Position numbers and translations under genes: made by a program | Shown: piece by piece, positions 42,812 to 53,989 of the stretch | Numbering within the stretch: position 1 is the first letter of the stretch | Layout of the letters: every line of letters starts with the position of its first letter | From: an uncultured Chloroflexia bacterium | GTDB taxonomy: Bacteria; Chloroflexota; Limnocylindria; Limnocylindrales; CSP1-4 | DNA: 64,000 nt | Direction: 5' to 3' | NCBI GenBank assembly: GCA_963713795.1 | Contig: CAVQNC010000010.1 | Location: 346,375 to 410,374, forward strand | The notes under the pieces: model-generated | Told to the model about the DNA's origin: nothing | The model's database searches: none | The model's input: the letters and a program-made list of their open reading frames with translations, nothing else

Positions 42812-43807
42812 ATGCAGTACGAGCCTGACTCGATCATCACTGAGTTGATCGACGCCACCGAGACTGGCGCGCCCCGGGCGTGGCGTCAGGCGGGTCTGTA
42901 CCACTCGCCGGGCCGGGCCCTCGAACTCAAGGACGGCAGCATCAGCTGGAACTTCGAGGTCCACGATGCTGGCGGCTTCCTCGTGTTCAAGCCCACGTTT
43001 CTGGCTGAGTTTGTAGCTCTCGCCAGGTCGGGGGTGGCCGACGAGCAGATCCTGGTCTATGCTCAAAAGTGGGGTCTGCTTGAACTCTGTCCTGAGGGTC
43101 TGCCCCGAACCCACGATCAGAGTTCGGTGCCGGCGAGCCTGGCGCACGCAATGCAATTGACTCCAAGGGCCCGCTGCGACCGAGGGGGCGTGGGCGACCC
43201 CGAACGGCTCGAGTGGTGGCGTTACTGGGCGTCCCAGGCTGCCTCACTGGGCGCGATCGTGGCTGCCCTTCGGCTCGGCGACCGTGCCGATCCTCACGAC
43301 TGGGAGGCCATCCTCGCGCCGGGGCCGTGGGCCGTCGGATCGGACTGGGAGCGTGTCCTTTCGGGCGTCGCAGATCAGCTCGGCTACCTCCACGGCATCA
43401 AGACCATCAGCCAGCAACGCCAGCTGGCGGTCCGCGCGCTACAGCGCTGGATCACACTCGCGAACCTGCGCCCCGAGATCAAGTGGGCGAGCGGCATGAA
43501 GGTCAGGGTCGAGTTCCGACCGGCGAGCCTGTTCGGCGCCCTTGGGCTGCAGATCGTCTTTCTCTCAGCCGACATCGATGGCCTGGCCCTGTGCGACGGC
43601 TGCCACGCCATGATCGTGCCCGCCCGTCGCCCGGGCTTCCCCGCGCAGCGTGTCTACTGTGAGCATTGCCGCGCGGAAGGCGTGCCTCAACGTGAAGCCA
43701 GCCTCGCCCACTACCGCCGCCGCTCGGCCGAGCCTGCCTTCCGTCAAATGGAGGCAGACCGACAGCGTCGCCGTCGTGCCGACAAGCGAGCGACGGACCC
43801 CCGGTAG
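42812..43807 (+). CDS. Hypothetical protein with a C-terminal CxxC...CxxC zinc ribbon and basic tail
   Basis: CDGCHAMIV...YCEHCR; no family recognised; divergent from the recombinase gene. Confidence 0.45.
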   Translation: MQYEPDSIITELIDATETGAPRAWRQAGLYHSPGRALELKDGSISWNFEVHDAGGFLVFKPTFLAEFVALARSGVADEQILVYAQKWGLLELCPEGLPRTHDQSSVPASLAHAMQLTPRARCDRGGVGDPERLEWWRYWASQAASLGAIVAALRLGDRADPHDWEAILAPGPWAVGSDWERVLSGVADQLGYLHGIKTISQQRQLAVRALQRWITLANLRPEIKWASGMKVRVEFRPASLFGALGLQIVFLSADIDGLALCDGCHAMIVPARRPGFPAQRVYCEHCRAEGVPQREASLAHYRRRSAEPAFRQMEADRQRRRRADKRATDPR

Positions 43808-44266
43808 GGGGGTTGTCGAGCTAATCCGAACCGAAATCATAGACCCGGGCCCTGGTGCAGCAACCTCGTGCGCGAGTTGTTTTGGCGCTTTTACGCGGGC
43901 CGGATTCTCGGGCCGTCTCGATACGTTAGGCATCTCGGCCACGATTGGGCCGACGTTCGGGTCGATGTGCCCCAAATCGGCCGAGGTGGTCGCGATATGA
44001 GAGGCACTTGCGAGATGTCGAAACTCTCGGGGCTCTCACTGGGAAAATGCGCCGTCTATCTGCGCAATTGACTGTCGGCAGGGACGCCGTCCACTGGGGT
44101 GGCCCGGACGCCGACTCGATCGGCGAGGACCCGGGCGGTCCTTCTCCGGGGCGGCAGGGTTTCGCGAATTGGGTCGCGCCTGCTCACCGGGCATCGCCGC
44201 GGCGAGGCCGGACATCGCGGCTCCGGTCTGAGTTGAACGGCGGCCGAGTCAGTCGTTAATGGGAGC

Positions 44267-44989
44267 TTGCTACGATCGCGAACGATGGGCCTGAACAGTC
44301 TCGAGGTTGTCAGCGCGACTCTCGAGGCCCGCAGACCGGCCGAAGTTGAAAGGGTGGTCTCGCCCATGAGCCTCGCATCTGTTCGACTGGAGGCGGAGGG
44401 CTGCCAACGCTGCCCGCTTGAGCAGAGCCGCTGCAAGGTCGTCTTCGGGGGCGTGAACGGCTACCGCGGCATCCGGGCCGACTTGATGCTCGTGGGCGAG
44501 GGTCCCGGCGCGGAGGAAGACGCCCAAGGGCTCCCGTTCGTAGGGGCCGCCGGCAAGTCACTCGAGGCGTTGCTGGAGCAATCCGGGATGGACCGGAAGA
44601 CTGCCTACATCACCAACGTTGTCAAATGCCGTCCGATCACGCGCCAGGACGGGCAACCGCCGACCAACCGGGCGCCCGCTCCCAGAGAGATCGCGGCCTG
44701 CTGGGAGTATCTGCAGTCCCAGATCAGCCTGGTCCGCCCGCGCGTGATCGTCGCTCTGGGTGTAACCGCTGTCGTACGCCTTCTGGGCCCGGGATCTCAG
44801 GTTGGGACCAGCCGCGGCCCTGGGCACTTCCACGACCTGGTCCCGGTGGTTGCCACCTACCATCCATCGCCCTCCTCGCTCAACCGGCGAGCTGGCCGGC
44901 GCGAGAGGGTTGTCGAGGACCTCAGGCTGGCCAAGCGCCTCCTGGATACGCCTGAGGAAGCGCTGCCCCGGACCGTTGGCGGGATGTAG
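44267..44989 (+). CDS. Family-4 uracil-DNA glycosylase (Fe-S type)
   Basis: CQRCPL...LMLVGEGPGAEEDAQGLPFVGAAGKSL...ITNVVKCRP; the start may be an internal Met. Confidence 0.8.
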   Translation: MLRSRTMGLNSLEVVSATLEARRPAEVERVVSPMSLASVRLEAEGCQRCPLEQSRCKVVFGGVNGYRGIRADLMLVGEGPGAEEDAQGLPFVGAAGKSLEALLEQSGMDRKTAYITNVVKCRPITRQDGQPPTNRAPAPREIAACWEYLQSQISLVRPRVIVALGVTAVVRLLGPGSQVGTSRGPGHFHDLVPVVATYHPSPSSLNRRAGRRERVVEDLRLAKRLLDTPEEALPRTVGGM

Positions 44990-45249
44990 CGACGGTCGCC
45001 GCGGGACAGGCAGGTTCAACACGACGGCGGGCGTCAGGAGCGGTCGGGCGACCACCGGACTCGACGGTTCTCCTGGGGCCCGAGCGATTGCCCTTCTCGA
45101 TCAAGAAGGCGTAGAGGGCCTGGTCCCAGACCGACGGGTCTCCGCTGGTCAGGGCGGGGAGGGGTTGAGCGGTCATCGCGGGCGCCTTGTGTGCGAATTG
45201 GTCGTCGTTTTGACTCACTCACCCTGGCGGCAATAGCAACACCATCGAA

Positions 45250-46060
45250 ACGTCGTGGGCGGGAAAACACTCCGGAGTCCTACCGCCTCGAAGGTGGCGG
45301 CCGGCACGGTCCCGACGGCGGGTCGGGGTACAAAACCCGAGGTTCTCGACTGCAAGTGGGCATCGTCTGGGGCAGCGGAATGGCCGGTTCGGTTCGACCA
45401 TGGTCGTGTTCGCCTCCGGGTCGGGGATGGTGGTCCGGATCTTGCGCCGTCGGACGACGGCCGGCGAGGCCGCGCAGCGCCATGAGGCGGGCCACACGCT
45501 TTCGCCGACGCCCTCTCCTTCGCGGGCCAGGGCGGCGGTGATCCGCGGTGAGCCGTATGTGGCGCGACTCTTGGCGTGGATCTCGACGATCTTGGCCTCG
45601 AGCTTCGCGTCCTCGAGGGCACGAGGGCCCGGGTGGTGGTGATGCCAGCCATAGAAGGCGGAGCGAGAGACCTCCATCAGAGCGCAGGCAGATGCCACGT
45701 TGCGCTCTGCGACCTTCTCCGCCTCGATGAACGGGTAGACGCTCATCGGGTCTCGCGGGCGAAGAAAGCCGCTGCTCGCTTCAGGATGTCGCGCTCCTCG
45801 CGCAGGGTCCTGTTCTCGCGCCGCAGGCGGGCGAGCTCCTCGCGCTCGGCGCTTGTCAGACCTTCGCGGCGGCCGGCGTCGATCTCGGCCTGGGCGACCC
45901 AGCGGCGGACCGCGGTCTCGGACAGATCGAGGTCTTGGCCACCGCGCCGACCGAACGCTCGCCGCTGCGGCAGAGCTCGACGACCTGGGCCTTGTACTCG
46001 TCGGGGAACGACCGTCTCGGTCGTCGCTGCTGTTCCATGACCACCATGATGAACATCCTT
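45250..46060 (-). pseudogene. IS3-family insertion sequence remnant: orfA with an internal 1-nt deletion; orfB frameshifted and truncated before the DDE domain
   Basis: orfA RRSFPDEYKAQVVELCRSGERSVGAVAK|DLDLSETAVRRWV (frame break); slippery-site-like junction ...RASSGFLRPRDPMSVYPFIEAEKV...AFYGWHHH...TYGSPRITAAL, then further frame breaks and no rve domain. Confidence 0.75.
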
Positions 46061-46449
46061 TCCCGGCCTGTTCGGCCGATGTCAGATGTCCGTCAAAGCG
46101 GGGCAATGCCCGGCGAAGCAGGGGTCGAGCCCCCGCATTTCGGGCACGGGTACATGGTCAACTCGGTCTTTGACATGCGACCTCCTCCCGATCTTGTAGC
46201 TCAACCCAGACCCACCCCAGTCTAGCGGGGTCAAACCATCTAACTGAGCCCGTCTCGGTAGCCTCTCCACGCTCAAAGCACGTCGGTATGACCCGGATGA
46301 CTTCGGATCAGGTGATGTGTCGCTGTCACCATCACCCGATCGTGGCGGACTGCCGTGGCGACGAACTCGCGCTACAGTTGCTTGGACGCTAGGCGACTGT
46401 CAAACTCCCATTGCCTGGGCACTACCGCCGCTGGTGAGATGACCGCTGG

Positions 46450-47757
46450 TTGGCGCTTACGCCACATCGCCGATGGGGGAGCCAGCAGATGACGATCCAT
46501 TCTCGAGCCGCACGGGACATCGAGGGGTGCAGCATGGGTCTCTTAGGACGGCGCCGCAGGCCGTTCTCTCGGGCGGTCCGCTTGAGCTTGGCGGGTCTCC
46601 TGGTAGCCCTGGCCGTCACGGGCTGCTCGGGAAGCTCGACGATGGCGTCACCGACAGGCAGTGGGACTGCGATACCGCTGGCGACCCTGACCCCGACCCC
46701 GACCCCGACCCCGACGCCGACTCCCACCGCTTCGCCGAAACCCGCGCCCGGTTTCAGCGTTACCGGTTCCATGACCGCCAATCGCGAGGGGGCCACCGCG
46801 ACGCTGCTCTCCGACGACCGGGTGCTTGTCACAGGCGGGGAGGACATAACGAACTCGTTCGCACCTTTCGCTTCAGCTGAGCTATATGACCCCAAGACCG
46901 GCACCTTCAGCGCGACCGGCTCGATGAGCACCGTCCGTGTCAATCACACGGCCACGTTGCTATCCGACGGCCGAGTCCTCATCGCGGGCGGCCGCGTCAA
47001 GTTTGACGCGCCTGCGCCGCTCGCCTCAGCTGAGCTGTTTGACCCCAAGACCGGCACCTTCAGCGCCACCGGCTCGATGGTCGCGGGGCGCTCCGGCAGC
47101 ACCGCTACGCTGCTCTCAGACAGCCGCGTCCTCATCACGGGCGGCGGAGGGCTCTCCTCGGCCGAGCTGTACGATCCGACGACCGGCAAGTTCTCGTCAA
47201 CCGGCCCCATGAGTACCGTTCGCGACCTGGACACTGCGACTCGGCTCTCCGACGGTCGCGTCCTCGTCGCGGGTGGCGAGAGCCGTAGTCAGGAAGGGCT
47301 TGCGTCAGCCGAGCTCTATGATCCGTCGACCGGTAAGTTCGGTCCGACCGGGTCGATGACAGCCGGTCGCGAGCAGTACACGGCGACTCTGCTAGCCGAC
47401 GGCCGAGTCCTGATGGCGGGAGGCTTGGATTCGAAACGCAAGGTTCTCGCATCGACGCAGCTGTACAACCCGGCAACCGGCAAGTTCAGTCCGAGTGGCT
47501 CCATGGCCGGAGGCCGTTTCGGTGACACCGCCACACTGCTGCCCGACGGACGGGTCCTCGTCGCAGGCGGGCTGAAAGACACGACGACAGGTGTAGCAAT
47601 CGCCACTGCCGAGCTATATGACCCGACTTCCGGCACATTTAGCTCGATCGGACCAATGGCTGAAGCTCGTGTCGTACAGACGTCGACCCTGCTATCGGAC
47701 GGTCGAGTATTGATCGCGGGCGGCCGAACTACGTCAGCCGAGCTATATCAGTCGTAG
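46450..47757 (+). CDS. Kelch/beta-propeller repeat lipoprotein with a PT-rich linker
   Basis: Lipobox LAVTGCSGS; (PT)n linker; at least 8 repeats of TATLLSDGRVL(I/V)AGG...ASAELYDP.TG.F...GSM. Confidence 0.7.
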   Translation: MALTPHRRWGSQQMTIHSRAARDIEGCSMGLLGRRRRPFSRAVRLSLAGLLVALAVTGCSGSSTMASPTGSGTAIPLATLTPTPTPTPTPTPTASPKPAPGFSVTGSMTANREGATATLLSDDRVLVTGGEDITNSFAPFASAELYDPKTGTFSATGSMSTVRVNHTATLLSDGRVLIAGGRVKFDAPAPLASAELFDPKTGTFSATGSMVAGRSGSTATLLSDSRVLITGGGGLSSAELYDPTTGKFSSTGPMSTVRDLDTATRLSDGRVLVAGGESRSQEGLASAELYDPSTGKFGPTGSMTAGREQYTATLLADGRVLMAGGLDSKRKVLASTQLYNPATGKFSPSGSMAGGRFGDTATLLPDGRVLVAGGLKDTTTGVAIATAELYDPTSGTFSSIGPMAEARVVQTSTLLSDGRVLIAGGRTTSAELYQS

Positions 47758-47955
47758 GATTCGACGCGGCAATGACCCTACCCTGACTTGGCTGAGAGAC
47801 AACCTCCTGCCGGACGGAGCGTCCCGGCGCCGTCCCCACGCCATGGCTTGATCGTGCCGGCATCTCGGGCCGGGAGGAGCGTCGTCGAATGCTGGCCACT
47901 CTGATGGAGCTGAAGCCAGTACCGCCAGCGCGCGGACAGATCACCGACGCTAGGC

Positions 47956-48801
47956 TTGTCCTCGACGTCAAGGCCCGCCAAGAGAGCGGGCGCCTGGCGG
48001 ATGACGTCAGCAAGCAGCTGGCCGTCGAGATGGGGAGGGCACACCGCGATGATCATGGACCGGCTTCTGGGCCGGCGGCCCAAGGCCCCCAATCTCACGA
48101 AGAGATACGTTGGCGTCCGCCACAAACGCGGCTACGGGCAAGCGTTCATCGAGGAGGCAGGGCAGCGCCGCTCGCTGTCTCTGGTGGACGGGGATGGGGA
48201 GATCCGATGGGGGCCCGACTCGATCCCTGCGTGTACCAACCTTGCTGTGTCCATTCTTGGCGACGCCCTGGGAGAGCGAGCGGAGGCGCTGAAGGAGGTT
48301 GCCGCGGGCCAGCCTTTGGTGGAGGAGCTGTTCATCAGGAGGGTCATCAACAAGCTCCCGCCTGATCATGTCGGGAGGAAAAGAGGAGAGGATAGCTGGA
48401 CTCTCTCGTTGGAAGACGTTACGGCCTGGGCGGAGGCCGCGGCGCTGAAGCAGCGACTACCACGAGTCTCTCACGGCGACTTTGTGGGTAGCTGGGACTC
48501 CTCGGAGGAGATGCTCGAGAACATCCGGATCAACGAGGACGAGGCCCGACTGGAATCCACGATGCTGCGTGTCGAGACCGCGATGATGCGCAAGATCGTG
48601 GCTGACCGACCTTGCCGCACGTGCAGTGGAAGCGGAGCCGTTAGCGAGTGCCCTACTTGTCGTGGCAAGGGGACTATCTACGGTTCCGGACCAGACGGAA
48701 GGCCCGGAGGGGCCAGCTGCACGACGTGCGGTGGAACTGGCCGTAATCTAAGGGAGAGCGCGTCGTGCCCCAGCTGTTCAGGCACCGGATTGGCAGAGTA
48801 G
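47956..48801 (+). CDS. Hypothetical protein with a DnaJ-type CxxCxGxG zinc-finger cluster at the C-terminus
   Basis: CRTCSGSG...CPTCRGKG...CTTCGGTG...CPSCSGTG; the start is possibly the internal MIMDRLL. Confidence 0.45.
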   Translation: MSSTSRPAKRAGAWRMTSASSWPSRWGGHTAMIMDRLLGRRPKAPNLTKRYVGVRHKRGYGQAFIEEAGQRRSLSLVDGDGEIRWGPDSIPACTNLAVSILGDALGERAEALKEVAAGQPLVEELFIRRVINKLPPDHVGRKRGEDSWTLSLEDVTAWAEAAALKQRLPRVSHGDFVGSWDSSEEMLENIRINEDEARLESTMLRVETAMMRKIVADRPCRTCSGSGAVSECPTCRGKGTIYGSGPDGRPGGASCTTCGGTGRNLRESASCPSCSGTGLAE

Positions 48802-49033
48802 GTCACCGGCCGCGGCAATCGGTACGCGGTAACTGATCCGATGCAACTCTCGGCCAAGGGAGATTGGGGACGCTGTGACCACATCGCAGTGGACTCGCGA
48901 GTCCGGACCTCGCGCCTGCTAGGCTTGCTCTAGGCGGAGGCGTTACCGGGAAATCTGGGCACTCAGGCTCGGCGGTCAAGCGGAGCACGCGACGCGATCC
49001 GGGGACGCTCACACTCAGCGGGGAGAGGGAGCA

Positions 49034-50173
49034 ATGGACCCAGGCGGCGACGATGCCTTCACCGATCTCGGTGACTGGCTGGTCGAGGATGCTCAAGGGC
49101 TCGCGCCGTTAGCCCCAGGTGATGTCATCCACATCCTGCGGTCGGAGGAGCTGTGGGCCTTCGAGAGCACGTCCGGAGAGCTGCTCGGCTCGTACTCACG
49201 ACGCGCGAGCCGAGGGCCCTCACCACGAAATCACCTCGTAGCCTGCAACGTTTCGAATGGCAGCTACCTGCGCCTCGAGCACCTTTCGCCGGACATGAAC
49301 GAGACTCCAATCGCATCGCCATTCGACGAGGCGTCTTCATCCCCGGTTGAAGTCGATCCTCGGAAGCCGATCAGGGACTCTATTGAGGCGCGGACGATGG
49401 AAGGCGTTCTGCCGAATGAAGCTGCTGAGGCTCTTCGTCCGGTGTTAGCGCCGGCCGAGACGATCCGAGCCTCTTTTCCTGGTCCATCTGGCTCAGCTGT
49501 CGTAGTCTCGGATCGCCGCGTCTTCGTGTTCAAACGCCTCATTGGCAAGGGGGCAATGCGCGCCTGGCCACTTGCTTCGGTAATCGACGTGTCGGTGCGC
49601 CCGAACCCGCCCCACAGCATTGCCCTCCTGGTGGTCGAGATTGTCGGCGACGCAAAGAAGCCGGAGATACTGAGCCCCAACGTGATGGCAATCCCCGGCC
49701 GCGGCTACGAACCAATGCTTGCGGCGCTTCGTCAGGCTGTCGTCGAAGGTCAGTCGCTGGCAGCGAGTCGGGGTGTCGAGATCCATGGTGGGGAGCTTTC
49801 GGCCCTCACCCACGGCTGGACGGTGACCGCGGTCACGCGCACGTACGAAGGCAGCGAAGCCGGCAGGCGCATGCTGGCGGCAGAGACCCAGGTTCTTGGG
49901 TTGCACGGCTACGTCCCTGCGAGTCAGAGTCAGGACGGAGGGCACATCCACGCGGGCCGCATTCTGATGACGGGAGGTCTGAGCGTGCTGGCCGGCAGCG
50001 CCGGCACGCGCTCCAAAGGGTCGATCATTGTGAGCTTTCACCGACCGCCGGCAGTTGCTGGGCCGATCGACATACCAGATCAAATTCGGAAGCTGGCCGA
50101 CCTCCGCGACGCGGGGGTCCTCACGTCGGCCGAGTTCGATGCCAAGAAGCGAGAACTCCTGAGGCGGATGTAG
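49034..50173 (+). CDS. Hypothetical protein with a C-terminal SHOCT domain
   Basis: C-terminus IRKLADLRDAGVLTSAEFDAKKRELL matches the SHOCT consensus. Confidence 0.45.
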   Translation: MDPGGDDAFTDLGDWLVEDAQGLAPLAPGDVIHILRSEELWAFESTSGELLGSYSRRASRGPSPRNHLVACNVSNGSYLRLEHLSPDMNETPIASPFDEASSSPVEVDPRKPIRDSIEARTMEGVLPNEAAEALRPVLAPAETIRASFPGPSGSAVVVSDRRVFVFKRLIGKGAMRAWPLASVIDVSVRPNPPHSIALLVVEIVGDAKKPEILSPNVMAIPGRGYEPMLAALRQAVVEGQSLAASRGVEIHGGELSALTHGWTVTAVTRTYEGSEAGRRMLAAETQVLGLHGYVPASQSQDGGHIHAGRILMTGGLSVLAGSAGTRSKGSIIVSFHRPPAVAGPIDIPDQIRKLADLRDAGVLTSAEFDAKKRELLRRM

Positions 50174-50492
50174 GGGCTAGCGAGGTCGGGCTCCGCCCGG
50201 TTGAGCGTGGCTGTGCCGTTCGTGGGACGAAGTGCGACGCCGATGTGCACCCTATGCGCGGATCGTGACCTTTGGGGCTTCGATTGGGGTGCGCCGCGTT
50301 ACCGTCCGCGACCGCCGCCGGTCCGCCATACATCGTCGGTGGGCATTCCGGCGGGCCAGCCTTGGTGCCTCGACAACGCCTTGCGTCGCGCGAGTCCCGG
50401 TGGGAGCCGACTGCAGTCGTTGCCAGGCCTATGATGGCCACGCGTCCGCCCGCCTGTATGAGAGGTTGCTCATCGGAGGCTAGAGGTCAGAC

Positions 50493-51701
50493 GTGTCACT
50501 CCCGAATCCGCCATCCGGGCGATCCAAGATCTTCGCGAGCCTCATGCCGCCCGAGGTCCGGGCCACCCTGGAATCGGCCGGCGCGACACTCACAGCCGAC
50601 CCGGCGACCGGTGCGCTCAAGTTCGCGCTCAATGGCTACTTGTTTGCCCGGATCGAGGCTGATCCGCCCGCCGTCGTCTGGGCGAGCCCGGCCTTCGGGC
50701 AATTCCTGGGCACGCTGTTCGAATACAAGGAGTGGGCAGAGGAGACCCTCGCGGCCAAGGGCATGGCACGTGATATGGTCCTGGCTCGCCCCAAGGCGCC
50801 GCCTGATCTCGCGGAAGCTCAGGCTGCAGGACTCACCGTGAGCCGGAGCGGCAACGGGCTCACCGGGTACAGGACCAGTCTGAGTCATCCGGCGCTCGGC
50901 GAGTTCGTGCGACTTGGCGCGGTCGATGTTTCGTTCTCCTCGCCCCAGGTGTTCGTGCCATTGCGCTTTCTGGTCGAGATGGACCGCCTGTTCACTCCGG
51001 TTCCATACGGAACCGGTTCCGATCAGTTCAGCCTGAGCCCCTACATGGCTGGCGTATACAACGCACGCCTCAGAGATCTGGCTCCGGTCTGTCGCGACAT
51101 TGGCGTCAGGATCGGAACCATGTCCATTACCAGCGCGGACGCCGAGGGAGGCAAGGAGGCAGCGTTCGATGTGGACCTGGAGTGGGACCCCGATGAGAAT
51201 CCGGACGCCCGCATGGAGGCCTACCGGGCGGTCTTGGCGGCCTACGGGCCTGATCGCGACATGGTTCGTGTCCTGATCGATTTTCACGATCTTCTTGATG
51301 GACGAGCCGGGCGACTGGTAGCCGACACATCCGATCTGTCCCCCGAGATCGTGAGCGACGGACCTGCGTTCGATGCATTCGCCATATCCCATGCCCACGG
51401 GCTCTACGGCGAGATGCGCCGCCTGTGCGATCTGTGGGAGACCGAGATCGGCTACGTGGACTCAGACCTGCGGGCGCTCATCAAGAGCGAGGGTGGTCCG
51501 GCTGCAGCGAGAGCTGTTCTTGCCGAACCTGAGCAATCCGTCGTCATTAGCCGTCTGGCGGCCGCCGACAAGATCACCATGAGTGTGGAGTATCTTGTCC
51601 TGCGCCCGGAATGGCGGTCTCTGTTCACCGCCGACGAGCGCAGAATTGCATGGAGTCGGCTTTCGGCCTGCGGCCTGGAGCTGGACTACCCCTACGTCTA
51701 G
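50493..51701 (+). CDS. Hypothetical protein
   Basis: 402-aa ORF with a coding-like composition; no motif recognised. Confidence 0.4.
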   Translation: MSLPNPPSGRSKIFASLMPPEVRATLESAGATLTADPATGALKFALNGYLFARIEADPPAVVWASPAFGQFLGTLFEYKEWAEETLAAKGMARDMVLARPKAPPDLAEAQAAGLTVSRSGNGLTGYRTSLSHPALGEFVRLGAVDVSFSSPQVFVPLRFLVEMDRLFTPVPYGTGSDQFSLSPYMAGVYNARLRDLAPVCRDIGVRIGTMSITSADAEGGKEAAFDVDLEWDPDENPDARMEAYRAVLAAYGPDRDMVRVLIDFHDLLDGRAGRLVADTSDLSPEIVSDGPAFDAFAISHAHGLYGEMRRLCDLWETEIGYVDSDLRALIKSEGGPAAARAVLAEPEQSVVISRLAAADKITMSVEYLVLRPEWRSLFTADERRIAWSRLSACGLELDYPYV

Positions 51702-51990
51702 GGCGGTAGAGGCGACCGAGAATCCTCGGCGGGCGTCGGCAGCGTGGTGGGCCGTGGCGGCCCCGTGAAGCTGTCACGGAGCGGTTGATCCCCTCACCGT
51801 CTCGGTCGCGCCAACGGCATCGTGTACCACCCCACCACCTTGGGGTGAAGCAAGACACCGGCGCATGCCGCGCCAGTCGTCAGACTGGCAGGCGTCACGA
51901 TGTTCGCGTCGTGTGGGATGACTGCCGCCGCGGCTGATCGCCAGATGGCTGCCGCATCCATCTCGTTCTGGCTACAGTAGTTGCGGGTGA

Positions 51991-53583
51991 TTGACCTTCT
52001 CGCGCGACCAGACTCAGGGGGACTCCCACATGCTGACCGGCCAACTCCGCAGCCAGATCGACCGCATCTGGGACGCCTTCTGGTCCGGCGGCATCTCCAA
52101 CCCGCTCGAGGTCATCGAGCAGATCACCTACCTGCTCTTCCTGCGCCGGCTGGACGACCTGCAGACGCTGGAGGAGAACAAGTCCGCCCGGCTCAAGCAG
52201 CCGATGGAGCGCCGCATCTTCCCCGAGGGCAAGGACGCCAAGCGGCCGCCCCTACGAGGACCTGCGCTGGTCGCGCTTCAAGAACTTCGCCCCGGCCGAG
52301 ATGTACGCCGTCGTGAGCGAGCACGTCTTCCCGTTCCTGCGCACGCTGGGCGGCGACGAGTCCACCTACGCCCACCACATGAAGGACGCGCGCTTCACCA
52401 TCCCCACGCCGGCGCTGCTGGCCAAGGTGGTGGACCTGCTCGACGACGTGCCGATGGAGGACCGCGACACCAAGGGCGACCTCTACGAGTACATGCTCGG
52501 CAAGATCGCCACCGCCGGGCAGAACGGCCAGTTCCGCACGCCCCGCCACATCATCCGGCTGATGGTGGAGATGACCGCGCCGCAGCCGACCGACATCATC
52601 TGCGACCCGGCCTGCGGCACGGCCGGCTTCCTGGTCGCGGCGGGCGAGTACCTGCGCGAGCGCCACCCGAGCCTGCTGCACGACGCGAAGCTGCAGCGAG
52701 CACTTCCACCACGGCATGTTCCACGGCTTCGACTTCGACAACACCATGCTCCGCATCGGCAGCATGAACATGCTGCTGCACGGCGTCGAGAACCCGGACA
52801 TCCGCTACCGCGACTCGCTGGCGCAGGACCACGCCGGCCGACGAAGAGGCCTACACGCTGGTCCTCGCCAATCCGCCCTTCGCCGGCAGCCTCGACTACG
52901 AGAACACCGCCAAGGATCTGCTGCGATCGTCAAGACCAAGAAGACCGAGCTGCTCTTCCTGGCGCTCTTCCTGCGCCTGCTCAAGCCCGGCGGCCGCGCC
53001 GCGGTCATCGTGCCCGACGGCGTGCTGTTCGGCTCGAGCAAGGCGCACAAGGACGCTGCGGCGGATGCTGGTCGAGGAGCAGAAGCTCGACGCCGTGGTG
53101 TCGCTGCCCGAGCGGCGTGTTCCGGCCCTACGCCGGCGTCTCGACCGCGATCCTGCTCTTCACCAAGACCAACTCCGGCGGCACCGACCAGGTCTGGTTC
53201 TACGACGTCGAGGCCGACGGCTGGAGCCTCGACGACAAGCGCACGCCGCTGCTGTCCGAAGACAAGCTCGGCCCGGTGCCGACGCACGGCGCTCACCGCC
53301 GAAGAGCACGCCAAGAACAACCTGCCCGACGTGCTGGCGCGCTGGGCCGCAGCGCGACGGCGCCGAGCGCGAGCGCCCGCGCACCGCCCAGAGCTTCTGC
53401 GTCCCCAAGGCCGACATCGCCGCCCAGGGCTACGACCTCTCGCCTCAACCGCTACAAGGAAGTGGTCCACGAGGAGGTCGAGCACCGCGCGCCGCAAGGA
53501 GATCCTCGCCGACCTCGCGAAGCTGGAGGAGGAGATCCAGCAGGGGATGAAGGAGTTGGAGGGCGATGCTGAAGTGATACTCT
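51991..53583 (+). pseudogene. hsdM: Type I restriction-modification methyltransferase subunit HsdM, disrupted by multiple single-nucleotide frameshifts
   Basis: HsdM N-terminus LRSQIDRIWDAFWSGGISNPLEVIEQITYLLFLRRLDD; FRTPRHIIRLMVEM; motif I DPACGTAGFL; motif IV LANPPFAGS; these are spread over at least 4 reading frames. Confidence 0.8.
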
Positions 53584-53989
53584 CGAAGCTGTCGATCTGG
53601 CTGGCGCATTATCCGACTCGGTCGGCTCAGATGATGTCGTGGCAGCTTCTCGACAGCCTGCGACGGCCAGTAACCGATTCGATCGTCGGCCCGGGCCATA
53701 TCCGTACACGGCAGCAAGTGGCCAGCAACGTGGACGATCGATGACTTCCTGTTCGATGAGCCGCTCGCGATCTGCTTGCGGAGGACGGCGGACATTTCGA
53801 TAGCCTGACAGAGGCATTGCTTACCGGATATCGGGCAAGACCTGGGTCGCCAACCATGCACATGTCCTACGCCCGAAGCCGGCAAATGAAGCTTGCGTTC
53901 CTGTGTCGCGTTCTGCGAGCAACTCATGACGTAACGCCGTTCGTAACCGGAACAACTCGGGGCAAGCTCATCGCAAGCTGGAGCCGAGA

